A stretch of DNA of 63,069 bases, counting the filler, from Reticulomyxa filosa (taxonomy: Eukaryota > Protista > Foraminifera), in assembly GCA_000512085.1 (NCBI GenBank). It is 13 parts of 13 records of this genome, joined end to end, with 100 filler letters (N's around TTAATTAATTAA, not from the genome) between each part and the next. Parts side by side here need not be neighbours in the genome. Positions count along the whole stretch, not along the records: positions 28,459 to 44,213 come from ASPP01021236.1; positions 44,314 to 50,884 come from ASPP01020467.1; positions 50,985 to 52,980 come from ASPP01029349.1; 10 more parts are not named here. One strand, 5' to 3'. The translations under genes and the position numbers were made by a program. This document shows positions 37,454 through 51,379 of the stretch, one piece after another; positions within the stretch are counted from its first letter, which is position 1; every line of letters starts with the position of its first letter. The notes below the pieces were generated by a model that saw nothing but the letters and a program-made list of their open reading frames with translations, was not told the origin of the DNA and did no database searches.

Positions 37454-39549
37454 AATGGTCACCTTTTTTTTCCCTTTTCATCCAATTCTATTGTCTAACC
37501 TTTTAATTTATTTTTTTTTCCTTCCTTTCGATTTTGTGATGATTTGGATTTTCCTTGTTTTAAGATATACAAATGGTTGCTTTCTTTGGGTTTAGGGGTT
37601 GTTTCTCTTATTTCTCACTCTTTTTTCTTTTTTTTTGGAGTCTCGTTCAAATGAGAAAGAGTCTTTCTTTTTGACTTAGACTGTTTTTGATTGGTTGAAT
37701 AGATGAGAATGTGCAACACATTTAGACTATGATCCATATCACAAACACTTCGTGTTTCTTTTTTTTTGTTCTTTGTAATGAAGTGTTAGTTCTCTTTTAA
37801 GAGTTTGGGTTTTTGGATATTTTACTTACTTTCAAAGAGGCTCAACATAATTCAATCACAATACAATATAATGTGATACTTTGACAAATACAATTACATT
37901 TGACTAGTTATAACTTGGCAATATCTTGGAAACTAGGATAATATTAAAAACAAAAATAACGTGCAATGTCACATTATGTTTTTTGCGTAGTCTTGAAAAA
38001 GGAAGTTAGCACATATTTTAGTTTTGCTCTTAAAATAAAATTCAGTGCTTGTAATTTTTGTTAAAAATCGAATTGATGCGAATTTAATTTATGATATTTG
38101 TGATGTTTTTCATATTGTTTTTTTCTGTTGTTCTCTTTTCGAAACTATGTGAACATAGCAAGTATTGTCATCAATCTTTAAGAATGATTGTCATGAACAT
38201 AAAAAATTATTAAAAAAGACTATTTGAAAAACATAAAAAAGAACCATTAACAATGTTTTTCAATTTTTCCTTCCAAAAAAAAAGAATATAATTGAACTAA
38301 TCACTAACCAGAAAAAATAGTCGTAATGTGTAACAAAGAATAAAAAATTAATATGAAAATTTAAAATCAATGACCACAATCGCAGTCATATTAATATATG
38401 TATATTTTAGTTTAATGCTAACATATATGTTATGTGGTCAGGCCAATATCCAACTTGGAAGAATTGTATTATGTTATCAATGCAACAACTACGCATACTT
38501 TTTTGCACTCAACACACAAAAGTAACTTCGTGAAATCTCCAATGTAACAGGAAATTATCAACGTATCTCCTTCATTAATGTTCTGGTCAGATACTTTGTC
38601 AAAAGTCTCAAACATTTGAGGTGCCGGCGCTTTTCAATATCGTACTATCAGATAGAAAACGCTCAAATAAAGTATAGACTTTGGTTTCCATTGCATATGT
38701 ATACATATATTATATGACCAAAAAAGAGAACGGACATCTATTCTCACAAAATACATCTACGTGCGTAAACATAGTCCCAGCTTACCTCCTAAAATAATAA
38801 ACAAAAAAAAAGAACAAACTCAAATGCCATCTCCACCAACAAGGAGGAACTGAAGAATGTTTCATGTGCTAATATTTGGTAGACTCACTTTTGAAGGAAT
38901 GCATTTGCAAGGTATGGAAAATAGGCAGCTGCAGAAAATGTAATACGAAAACTTTTGCTTTTTGAAAATTTCAACAAAAACGAAGGTAAAATAAACAAGA
39001 TATGAAACAACAAAACAAAGAATAATTAAAAAAAGCGGAAAAGAGAAGCGAGAAAGTTTAGGAAAAAAGGGCTTAAGGTTTTACGAAATTTGAGACTGTC
39101 TCTGTAGACGATCATGGGTCGGTGACAAAGACGTCTTATGTTCATCTCTTTTCCATGGAATCACACAAATTATTCTGAACTTTGATGTACACGATGAATA
39201 CTTTCCAATGAAAACAAAAAAATATTGAAAATCTTATGTACATCCTCAAACGTAAAAATGTGAAAAATTAGTACAAATCTTATCAAAAATCAACTTTGTA
39301 ATACCTCTAATCGTAAGATGAAAATTTCACGCAACATTATCTACTTGCATTTTGATAATTTTTGCACTTGTCTTAGAGATGTCTACTGTACACGTGTGGC
39401 TTATTCCTAATTTTATCACCTCGGCAGGACAGAAACAACGAAAACTCGTGTACACTTCTAATTGGATAAAGAAGCCTGGGGGTTTTTTCTTTTTTTTTAC
39501 TTTCTTCTTTTGTTTTAGTCCAATATATGGAAGATTTTCAAACCAGGCC

Positions 39550-42500
39550 ATGACAAAAGCATTTTTTTTCCGGAAAACACCATGGTTTGTTTTATTAGTG
39601 TTATGGATTGTGAATTTTTGCAGCGTTTCAGTGGAAAGCCGGGTGTGGTACGTGCGAGACTATGGATGTGACTACACCGGATCCAACTGTACTTCGTCAA
39701 AAACAGATAACACAGCAATATGTAAAAAATGGTCAAAAAAAATATCGTCATCAGAGTGTTCTTGTTGCAATGCGACACACCCTTGCCATGCTCGATACAA
39801 AACAACAACAACGACCACGACATTAATCCCAACATTCTTTCGTAGACGTGAATTGTTACAAGGTTACAAATAAACATTGTATTTTTTTTTTTTGCCCCTT
39901 TTTCCAAAAAAAAATATTTTTTTTTTTGTCACGTAAAAGAAATGGTATTTTGGCAACAAAGAATTTTTTTGCATTTTTTCAAAAAAAAAAAAATTAGTCA
40001 CATTACCACCAACGACCCAACCACCGTCAAAGTCTCCAACAAAAACAGCCAACAAAACAACCAACAAAAACACCCAACAAAGCAGCCATCAAAAAATCCA
40101 ACAAAGCATCCAACAGAACATCCGACACTGCCGACAACCCCAAACCCGACCCTTTCGCCCACTCAACCGCCGACACGTAGTCCAAGCAGGAGCCCAACAC
40201 GACGTCCCACGAAGCCACCCACAAAGTCGCCTACCAAGCGACCGACGAAACGCCCGACCAAGTCCCCGTCGCGATCTCCTTCCCGCTCTCCGACAAGACA
40301 TCCGACCAATGCCCCGACGGTGGCGCCGACCTTTTCACCGACGCAGCGTACACAGGCACCCACGTGTAAGACCATCGATTATGTGTTGACCCAAGGTATA
40401 TCGGATTCCGACTTGCTGGATGTTGGAACAGGGGTGTATCCAATTTTTTCTACCCACATCTTTACGTCATTGAATCCATTTACTATTCGCGGAATGACCT
40501 ATCAGTCCACTACTGTCCATATAAACACTTCCTCGTCGTTAGTGTCGCCAGTCATCACCCTTTTGTCTGGAAGCGTTTTGCACTTTGAAAATGTCACGTT
40601 TCGATCGGATAATTTGTACCCTATCACTTACTTCTTTGAGGTCACCAGTGGGACGCTGTATCTGAAAAACGTGCGATTTTATAACATTTTGGCGTCGCAG
40701 CTCATCCATATTGGATCCAGTGGCAAATTGGTCCTTGATGGAACCGTTGTTTTTGATAAAAACACGATCACGGGCAGTTATCTCGTCGGATTCGATTCAA
40801 GTACCACCAAGCTCACCTGGGGGAGTTTCATCCTCTCCTTCACCCAAAATCAAGTCACCAATGCTATGATCCAATTGGAAGTTAACACATATCTACTCAT
40901 TGGCCAAAAAAAAAAAAAAATAGAAAGCAGAAGGAGGAAAAAAAATACGCAACACGATACGTATACAAACTTTCCATAAAAAAAAAGACATTATTTTTTT
41001 AAGGAGGGGGGGGGGGCGGGGAAGGGTATGTGTTAAAAAAACAATGCGGATTTAATTTGCATATATATCACGTTGACTTGCATTGAAAAAAAAAAAGGAT
41101 GTGAATCAATTGACATTGTTGGACAAAGTGACATTTAGCAAAAATAAAGCCAAATATTTGATCCAAGGAACATCATCAAATTTGACAATATCGGGAGTAA
41201 CATTTGCAAACAACAGTGGAACCACAATGGTGACAATAGACCAAGGCCAATTGTTCGTTGGCAACTATTCGTTGATCGAGTTTAACGATTTCAACTCGCT
41301 GGTGGTCGGCACCTCGTCATCAATAAACGTCCGGGATTGTATGTTCAAAACCAACCGAGCGAACAATTCGGCGATTAACATAGCGGATAGCACCATAAAC
41401 GTTTTGCTTCAAAATAATACGTTTGATGGTTTGTTGCACTCGTCATCAGTGTCCAAGCTTCCGGAGTGTGTCATTGCCAATATCAAATGCAGTGTAAACG
41501 GAAGCTACAGCAGTGTCACGATCAAGGACAACAAATGGACGAACTTGAAAAAATCAGCCTTGTGTCTGTCCTACATACGAACGTTTGTGATCGAGGACAA
41601 TGCGTTTTCACAAAGCCAAACCTATGGACATGGCATAGTGCGCATTTCGAGCTGGAGCAATGGAGTGCTGAAGCAAAACACGTTTGATCACATCAATAGC
41701 AATACCATTAGCAGCGAGGGAAGCAGTGGCATTGTGGTGAAGAATTACACAACTGTGCAGATGATGAACAACCAATTTTCTCATATGAACGCCAGCAACA
41801 CGGATGGCAAAGGTGGAGGTGTCTATCTCGCCAATTATGTGACCTGTTACATGAACAACGATGTGTTTAGTAATAACAACGCCAATAAAGGAGCGTCAAT
41901 CTATGCCACCACAAACGTGAAATTGATTATGAGAAACGTGTCGATATCCCTGGATTCGAGCAATTATGGATCTGTGCATGTCACAAAAAGTGTCAATCTG
42001 ACAGTGTTCAATTTGACAGCAAGCCAATGTCAAAGTGCGAAATATGGGGGGGTCATGTATGCTTCCAGCTCATGGTTAAATGTATTTAAGAGTGATTTCC
42101 AAAACAACACGTGCACTAGTACCGGAGGAGGTGCGATTGCTGCAAACAAGGTCCAAATGCTTTTGCAACATGTCACGTTTGAAAACAATAAGTGCATTAA
42201 CAGCAATTGCCACGGAGGCTCCATTAATGTGTGGAATCAAAGTACGGTGCAATGGACTGATGTTACCTTTACCAACTCGAAAAGTTTGCAAGGAGAAGGT
42301 GGGGCATTTTATATTAACGATATAACCTCGATGACTCTGAAAAATATCAAAAGCAAAACTTGCAAGTCGAAGATAAGTGGGGGCGCCGGCAGAATTCTTT
42401 TGCAGTCGTCATTGTCCTCGTCTTCGATTCAAAATTGGCATGACGAGCATTCGGTCGTGACCAATAATCATGGGTCCATGCTTTATGTATCTTCCCCGGA

Positions 42501-44213
42501 TATCAGCCAGACAACTTCCCCTCTTCTGACCATTGAAAATGTCACTGTTTCTTCACCACAACAGATATCCACTTCCGAGCTGTTGTCGTTCCATGATGTT
42601 TCAGTGCTGTTGAACAGCATCATTTTGGGCAATAGCAATGTGACGGGTGGATGTTTGATTTGCTGGCAAAGAACCATTACCAATCAAAATACAGCTCGAG
42701 CTCATAGCATCACAGTGGAAAACTCATCGTTTGTTGGGGTAAACCATTGGAGTACTGGTTTGATTGCAATGGAACAGCTGACAGCCAAAGACAAAGCTTA
42801 TTTAACCAATGTGGTCTTTGATTCGAATCAAGAAAGTGTCAACGTGTATGCCAATTTTTGGAATAAGCAAACCTTTGATGGCACAAGTCCCATCATCACT
42901 GTGCGCAAAACTGTGTGGCAAAATTATGCAAGTTCCAGCATTCCATTGGTTTATTTACTAACAAATAGTACGTCCTCGCAATATTGTGACCAAGCCAATG
43001 AAAATCCAACGATTGATATAAGCAATAGCAACAGCGTCCACAATATCAGCAACACAGCATGGATTAGTGCCTCGTGTGTCAACGTGTGGATCAAAAGTAA
43101 TTCGCTTACCAATATCAACATTCCGAGCAATAATCAACTGATCAATGCATTGACATGGTCAAACATTGACGTTGATTCCAATACTTTGCAAAGCACCAAT
43201 GGAACCATTCTTTATTCCGTTGACACGTCCAGCGCAACATTGAAAAATATGAACATTGTCCAGCACCAAAACAATTTTGCCAGAATACTTGCAAAAACAT
43301 CAAATGCTTATTTTTATTTACAGCAAATGAAATATATTGGATGCACCACTTCACAAACGCCATTATTCACTGTTGAAGGGGCACCTGACGACCTGAAAGC
43401 GACAGACATTTGGTTCCAAAATGTTGAGTTCCAAAGTAACAATGGTCCACTCTTTGCAACCGTTCCAACATCCACGCACATTTCAACGGTAACTAATGCA
43501 ATCGCTTGTCCACAATCAACCGACACACATAACACGACCGGTCTCATGGAATGGCAAAACGTCATCATCAACAAAACGTCAACACAACAAGATGCAATCG
43601 TCCAAGTCAAATACCAAACGACAAAAATGACAAACGTCCAATGGTTGGATAATACCTGTGCCGATAGTCGAGGCTTTCCAAATACCGCTTGCATTACCTT
43701 CACCGATTCGGCATGGACATTGGAGGAGAGCAAAATATCAATGAATAATGGTCCATCATTCATAGAAATAAAAAGAAGTATAGGAAGCATATCAGGAATA
43801 AAATCAGTGGAAGCATGCATTAATAAAAATGTGGAAGAAGATGACGAAACAACAGCATTAGTGTATATTCATGATATAAGTAATAAAGATATCATAAGAA
43901 TAAGTGATAATAATATAAGTAGTTTGAATGCAGAATATGGAATATACATGGAACAAGATGACACATCATTCAAAAATCAAACAATTAACGCAATAATAAC
44001 AAACAATATATTTAAAGCGATATCAACAGCTTCGATATTTTTTAATCAAATATCAAAAGCGGAAAATACATCAATACAATTGAATGTATCACAAAATACA
44101 TTTGAAACAACAGCAATGATAGGAACTTGGCATAGTAATAGTCAAAATAATAAAAGATCCCACATTAACTTTGTGGATAACACATTTAAAAATTATAAAG
44201 ATAATCATGCATC
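39550..44213 (+). CDS. Large secreted/surface protein: Cys-rich N-terminus, Pro/Thr (PTxx) repeat stalk, right-handed beta-helix with Pmp-like repeats; 3' truncated
   Basis: Signal peptide MTKAFFFRKTPWFVLLVLWIVNFCSVSVES. (PTKx/PSRS)n at ~40070-40365. Repeated FxNN and GG(A/G)(I/V)Y motifs, and a >1000-aa Asn/Ser/Thr-rich ORF at 41083-44213. Confidence 0.85.
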
Positions 44214-44313
44214 NNNNNNNNNNNNNNNNNNNNNNNNNNNNNNNNNNNNNNNNNNNNTTAATTAATTAANNNNNNNNNNNNNNNNNNNNNNNNNNNNNNN
44301 NNNNNNNNNNNNN
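44214..44313. other. Artificial contig linker
   Basis: N44-TTAATTAATTAA-N44. Confidence 0.98.
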
Positions 44314-44347
<34 letters not shown>

Positions 44348-44414
44348 TCAAAAAAAAATATTAAGTACACTAAATAAACATATATACATATATATATATA
44401 TATTATATATAAAC

Positions 44415-45700
44415 CTTGTTTTTAATAAAGCGTTGGTCGCATTGACTAGCAAAGCCAAACCAACACGGAACAAGACTTTATATCCTTCCACCGTAAATGT
44501 GTCGATTAGTCGAAGCAACGCCTCTGGGTTTAAGTAATTGGCATACATCGTCGCAAACCCATCTGCGATTATCTTTTCCACCGCTATGTTCTTTTCATGC
44601 ACATGCTGTCCAATCCTATTCATCCAACGATCACACATACATGTTTGTGTGCAAACATTTGTCGCACATGCTCAATTGCAAAATATCACCTCTTCTTTCA
44701 GTTTGTTATTTTCATCCCCCTCCTTCCCCCCCCCTTTTTTTTAAAAAAAAACTCTTCCAAATAAAATATATCTTAAATAAAATAACAATTTGACATTGTC
44801 AGCAAAAACATCCATAAAAGTTCGCAGTCGAACTCGAAAATTAAAAAAGTCAGTTCGAAAGTACCAATCATTTTGTTTCGATACTTTCACCATTGCGTTC
44901 ATTATTGCGAAAGCTGTCGCTTCTTCCACGTGTTGAATTATTGTTTCCTTTTTTTTTTTCCCCCCCCCCCCCCCGTGTTATATACATACACATGTAGCAT
45001 CCATATACTTTCATTTTACTTTTTTTGCTTTTTACAAAACAATATTCTCGACAGCACACAAAATTATATACATATACACATATATGTATATATATATTTT
45101 TTTTTTTGTTCGACTCAACTACAACAAATGGAATTTGTGGACAATAATGGAGTGAGTCGTGCTCTACTGCCAACACAACCAATATTTTGCGCACACAATA
45201 CTTTTGCTGTGTGGACAATGCTTTAAATCGACATTTACTCCCAAACATTGGAAACTGTGGAAATTCATGCATTTCGATCCCTTCGAACAATGTTTTGTTC
45301 AACTTTTTGTAAGCAATCATATCTTTGTCAGATGCATTTGTTGCTTTAATCCAAGCCAATCGACGATCGTTTTTACTCAAGCCTTCACGCGCCAACCTCC
45401 GCAAGGTTTTATAATCTTGATGCTTTCGAGTTGTTCTGTCATCTTTTAGAAAGATTGCTTCGCTATCTATGTCATTTAAGTTTACTTTATCAGGAGTACC
45501 CGCCGAAGAATAGCAGCAAAACATCCAGTCTTTGCCCCTTCCAAAAAAAGTGTCTTGCAAAGTTCAACTGCTTGGCTCTCTCTTGCTCGCTCTTTCCTCT
45601 TTTGTCAAGTAAATGTGAAGTCTTATAAACAAGTCTAAGGTCATCCGCAAAGGGGGAGTAGTAATTTTAACAGAAGCATTTCAATATAACGATACAATTT
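44415..45700 (-). CDS. Rab-GAP TBC-domain protein, TBC1D24-like (multi-exon, 3' truncated; start uncertain)
   Basis: LRRLAREGL...RRLAW, RKILVVLA...HYCPQIP, EEATAF, LLRLIDTFTVEGYKVLFRVGLALL. Confidence 0.8.
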
Positions 45701-45903
45701 CATAAGCTTGTACTTAATAAGTGGTTGGCTGTTCAATTTCTTGATAAAGAGCATATACGCTCAAATAAGTGCATGTACTTCTTTTTCTTAACTTATTGGT
45801 GACTCCTTTCGTCTTGGTTAGTGTAAAAAGCAGACGCACTACGACGAGGTGTACGGCAGTGATTGCCCCCGTGTATTAATCCTCCATAATCATCTGGTAG
45901 GAA

Positions 45904-48900
45904 ATGCGTTCTCGTCCACCAACAACACGAGATCCACGAAAGATTTTTGTGAATAATGTGTCAAGGCATGTGAAAAGGAGTGGAAGCGGTGACGAATAGT
46001 TGTGAGTGTATTTTTTACAATAGAGAAGCAGTGAGAGAAGATTTGCACAAGCTAATGGAAAAAGCAGGCAAAGTTGGAAAAGTTGAATTCAAAGGAGAGT
46101 TTGCGTTTGTCGAGTTCGTTGATCCCAGAGATGCCGACGATGCCATTGGGTGTGAAGAGAAAAATATTTTTTTATCTCCAGCTTTATTTATTTCATTCCC
46201 TTTTTTTTTATCCTTCATCTTCCAAAAGAAAAGTCTGTCTTTATTTGGTTTCCCGCCCAACCGCAACATCGCACAAACCAACTTTTTTTTTTACCTTCTT
46301 TTTCTTTTTTTTTTTTTTGAACGGTTTGCAATGGATATCAAAAAAATAAAGAGCGTTGTTGCGATATGTGATAAACATCTTATACAATGGCTTTGAGATA
46401 TGATACATCTCATTATCATAAAAATAATTTTTATAATAAGATCACATATTTTTAGCATCATTTATCTCAAGGGTCTTCACAACCATCTTTGTATAAAAAT
46501 TGAATTGAAAGAACAAGAATGCAATGCATCCATATGTCTTAGATGTTGTATAATTTCACCTCTAAAAAATCACATATTATCATCATTTTTCTCCCCCTTC
46601 AATGATTGTGGTTTTTATTACTTTTGTTTGTTTTTTTTTTTGTCTTTGCTCCATTTCTTTGTGATTTGTTTGTTTATTTATTTGTCTGTCATCTGATTTT
46701 TTTTGAAGCGTGTTTACAAAAAAATGAACCGAAAATTAAAAAAAAATAAACATAACACGTTAAAACATAACTGCAACATAAACCGTGTCAAAAAAAATAA
46801 AAATAAAAAATAAATCTAAACATAAATAAATACACATAAAAATATACATTACACACACATACTTGTTGTCATTGGCACATTTGGATATTAGAAGATTCAA
46901 TGATTATGATTTCTTTGGAAAGCGCTTATCCGTCCAACCTTACAACTATTGGTTAAAGCAAAAAAAAAAATGTATTCTGAAACAGATGGGAGGGAAGGAT
47001 GTTTGTTTTAACGGACAAAACCAATTTACAAAAAAAAATCATTGTGTATATACATAAACATATAAAGCATACATATAATGCAATATGTATGTACACATTA
47101 TATATTCCATTGATGCATACATATATACATATATATAATAAATGATTGATGACACACAACATTGATTAACCCGTGTCGACAGTGGGAGCGATGCGAGATA
47201 CAATGTCGAATTGGGTGACTCGTCTCAACGGAGATCAGGATTTCGGAATAGTGGCAGTGATAGCAGAAATAGCTATCGTAGCTCTAGACATTATCTTCGA
47301 GATGGAAAAGATAATAGAGACAGCAGGGATTCCAAAGGGGGAGACTATGGTCACAAAAGTGGTCTTTATGATAACTACACATATCGTCGATCCTCCAGTA
47401 TTCGAAGATCTTTCACAGATTCATCTCATCGTCATCACAGCAGCACTAGTCCATCTATGAACTACTCGCGCAATTATGATCAATACAACACTCACAATAG
47501 CAGCCATTTTCAAAATAGAAGCCTTTACGACTACGGAGGGTCCGAACATAGTGTCCTTCACCAGCCCAGTGCCGTAACGTCGCAAATTCCATATGGAGGA
47601 GCGTATGCTTATTCCTATGCACCCTATGGATCCTATGGATATAACACGTCACAAATGGATACATATGGAAGCAGATCGGGCTCCGCTACAATCACGAGCA
47701 TGTCTTCTGCTTTTGGGACACACTTTACTCACAATCGAATGATTATTCGTGGATTTGAATCTGATATCACCGAAAAAGAGATTTATGATTTCGCCTCAAA
47801 GGCAGGACGAATTGCCGTTTTATTTTTTGAAATGAGAAAAGGAGAAGTTGTGTGTCGATATCATTGCACGTTGTTTTTGAAACACAAATAAATACATATA
47901 TATATGTATATATAAATCCTCCAGTGATATTTGGATTTGTCATGTACAACACACAACTCATTAGAAACAAGCAGTGATCGAATATGTGTCGAAAAGCGAC
48001 CATCGCTGGGCAGTTCGGAATTTGGACAAAATGAGCATCCGTGATCGACGAGTGCGCTGTGAAGACGAAGAAGAGCACTTCCAACACAATAAGAGTCGCT
48101 CGAAGTCGTCTCAGCGCAGTCCGAAAATGTCGAAATCGAAATCGCGATCACGCGAACGACGCCGTAGTCGAAGTCGCAACGTGTCGAAATCCAAGTCGCG
48201 TTCGCGCGAACGGCGTCGTCGCAGTCGTTCCAGACGCGGAAAGTCCAAGTCGAACAATTCGCGAAGTCCGAGTAAACACTCAAGAAAGAGCCAGTCGACA
48301 AACAGCCACATTTCGGCGACGGCCCGAGACAAGGAGTCGAGCAGCGAAGCGCAAAGCAAGACTAACACAGACAGTGAAAAGCTAATGGACGTGGAGAACA
48401 ACAATGAGACTACCAAAGACAATGAAAAAGAGGACCAAAACAGAGAGGAAACGGAAAAGAGTAAAGACCAACATGAAGTGGACCACAACAAAGCTGTGGA
48501 CCGATCCAATTCGGTTGCGAGCGATGGCAGTCGAAGCAGCAGCGCCAATGGAACCAAAAAAGGAAAGAGTCCCTCTGCCGCCAGTGAACGATCTGCCAAG
48601 GGACACAGCGAGGCCGAGCATGACAACACAAAAGAAAAAGACACCACCGAAAAAAGCGAAAAGCTCAGAGACGAGCGAAATGACGATGCCGAATCGGGAG
48701 AAGAAAAAGAAGAAAATGAGGTTGCTGATACTTCCAGTCATTACAGCACTCAATATCATGACTCTCGGTTAGTTTCAAAGTTACAAACATATCTTTTTTG
48801 TTTGCTTGTTGTTTGGCTGAATATACACATATATATATATATATTCCTTCATTTCTTCATTCATTTATTTATTTGTTTTTTTTAAAAAAACAAACATGAA

Positions 48901-49241
48901 ATACACTTGTGTTCTTTTAATCTAGGAGCAATGGCCACAAAGAAAAGACAAGCGGAAAAAGTAGGAGCAGGAGCAAAAGTAACAGCAAAAGTAAAAGTAA
49001 AAGTAAGAGCAAAAGCAAAAGTAAAAGCAAAAGCAGAAGCAAAAGTAAAAGTCAAAGCAAAAGTCGGAGCAAAAGCAAGAGCAAAAGCACCAGCAGAAGT
49101 CGGAGCCAAAATCGAAGCAGAACCAGAAGCAGAAGTAATACTAAAGAAAAAACAAAAGAAAATCATAAATCTAGGACTACAAAGTCAAATGATAAAACTC
49201 ATCATAGCCGTTCCAAAAAAAAACCAAAAAGTGTCTATTAA
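45904..49241 (+). CDS. SR-like splicing factor: two RRMs plus RS-rich domains (multi-exon)
   Basis: RRM1 KIFVNNVS...EDLHKLMEKAGKV...FAFVEFVDPRDADDAI|...DFFGKRLSVQ. RRM2 RMIIRGFESDITEKEIYDFASKAG...AVIEY...AVRNLD....RRVR. RS dipeptide tracts at ~48090-48290 and ~48960-49140. Confidence 0.85.
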
Positions 49242-49735
49242 TTAAAAACATCTTTGCCTTGTTTGTATCAAGAATTTATTTGGTTAGAGGATAGCGAAAG
49301 GAAAATAACAACACAATTCAAAACAAAAAAACTTGTAACACAAATCTTTAATTGATGTTTCACAGATTTTTATTCATTTTTGAAGTAAGCACTTTTAATC
49401 CAATTAAACTAATCAATTTCTCTTGCAATTCGAAGGAATGCTAATTACTTAAAACTCAATTTTTAAACAAAATATCTTCTTGAAACTATTTTCTTTGAGC
49501 AACTTTAAAAATAATCAAAAGGGGAAAAAAACGACTCCAAATTTGTGAGCTTTATTGCAGGCACATTACTAAGATTCGATTGGTTACAAAGTTGTGAAAT
49601 CTAAATAGTAATATTACAAAAAAAAACTGCTAAAAAAAAATAAATTAAAACAGAGCCAAACAAAGCAAACGAAAGACGAATAGATTAGAACGAATCACAA
49701 AATAGTATTGAATTTGAACAATTGTGTTAAGTACA

Positions 49736-50884
49736 ATGACCACAGATCCTTCTAAGCAATCAATTGTAGCTCCAGAGACACACAGTGTTGAATCAATCAT
49801 CGCATTTGTACAAGAAGAAAATGCAATAATTATTTTGAAAGTGAACTTACGTTCTTTATAATGCAAAAGAAAATGTTATAAGTCAAAAGAAAAATAAAAA
49901 CAAAAAAAAAATAACCATAATAACAATAATTAAATGAAATAAGGTCGGTATCAAACCAGTTACATTTAAGATTAATGATGAAAGGTGGCGTAGATTTGAC
50001 TTAAAACAAGGCACTAAAATAATATGTACGTATCACATGGTTTCGGATGAAGCTCAGATCGATAGCATCACTCTGCCGGATCAATTTGACGATATGCCGA
50101 AATCGAAATGTGTGCTTGTAGCTCAAGTCAATCAGGACAATCGTATTAAAGTCGAACTTCAAGTTGTGAGACAACACATATAACTGTTTCATTTTTTTTT
50201 TTGATATTTGTTTGATCAAAAAACAAAGACAATGATTAAAAAAAAAAAAAAAAAAAAGGGCAAAATGGTCGAGTTTTGTGCGGATCAAAAAGAATTGGAA
50301 AGTTTAGAAATAGGTGATGAAATTGTGTGCCATTATCGCGAAAATCGAGACAAGAGTATCGTTATCAACTCGGCCACATTACCATCTTATGTAATAAAAA
50401 TTTCCAATGGGAGTGGTTTAGTACAAATCAACTCAGAAGGTGGGCAATACACGGAGGTAACATTTTAATTGAATCTTTTTTTTTTTTTTTAAAAAAAAAA
50501 TTTTATTTTTGTTTTTATTTGTGTTGAGTGGTACCTCTTGCAAACGTGACAAAAAAAAAAAACAAAAAAACTACAGATTAATTTCAGGAATATAATGGAA
50601 GCTGATTTAAATTTCCACGATGGAGATATCGTGGAATTTCGTCTTCGACGAGTGCACAATGAATGGATTCCAGTGAAAGCGAAGCTTAAGCAAGCGGCGG
50701 CCCAGTTAAAGGAAGAAAAGATATTAGAGGGATGTATCAATGAGTAAGTAAATAAACATGTACACACACACACAAACATTAAAAAAACTGTCAAAAGCCG
50801 TTATATCAAAGATATCGAGCCAACAGAACGAGTACGCACTAAGAAGACATACTTTATGCATGAATGGCTCCATGACTCCACGAA
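49736..50884 (+). CDS. Hypothetical protein with tandem OB-fold/cold-shock-like units (multi-exon, 3' truncated)
   Basis: The spliced frame gives three ~60-aa beta-rich units ending FDLKQGTKII, ESLEIGDEIVC and DLNFHDGDIVEF, the L-x-x-G-D-x-V turn typical of OB/CSD folds. Confidence 0.5.
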
Positions 50885-50984
50885 NNNNNNNNNNNNNNNN
50901 NNNNNNNNNNNNNNNNNNNNNNNNNNNNTTAATTAATTAANNNNNNNNNNNNNNNNNNNNNNNNNNNNNNNNNNNNNNNNNNNN
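50885..50984. other. Artificial contig linker
   Basis: N44-TTAATTAATTAA-N44. Confidence 0.98.
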
Positions 50985-51379
50985 ATGTATATGTACACAT
51001 ATATATATTTTACTTTATTTAAACTTTTAAAAAAATAGTGATTATATAACAATAACAGGATCCAAGTAATGTAAAATTAAAAAGATATCATTTTATTACC
51101 TTTTGGTGTATTTTAAATATACATTGATTATGAAATATAAAAGTATTTGGGATAATGGATAATAATATTAATGATAGTGAAATGAATAAATTTAACAATT
51201 ACAATTAATTGGTTCATATGATGCTTGAATAATTTGTTATTTATCATTTATTATCCAAATAAAATTTTAGGCATGTGTGAATTCATTAATATCGATTATG
51301 CAAGATTTTGTTACTTTGTAATGGCAAAAATTATATCATTTTCCTTTGATCCATGAGAAAATTATAATAAACGCAGTCT

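Noticed and set aside
48111-49245. Antisense and off-frame ORFs (AKVKVKAKA..., FAFTFA...)
   Set aside because: Alternative readings of the RS/SK-coding repeats of the SR-like gene.
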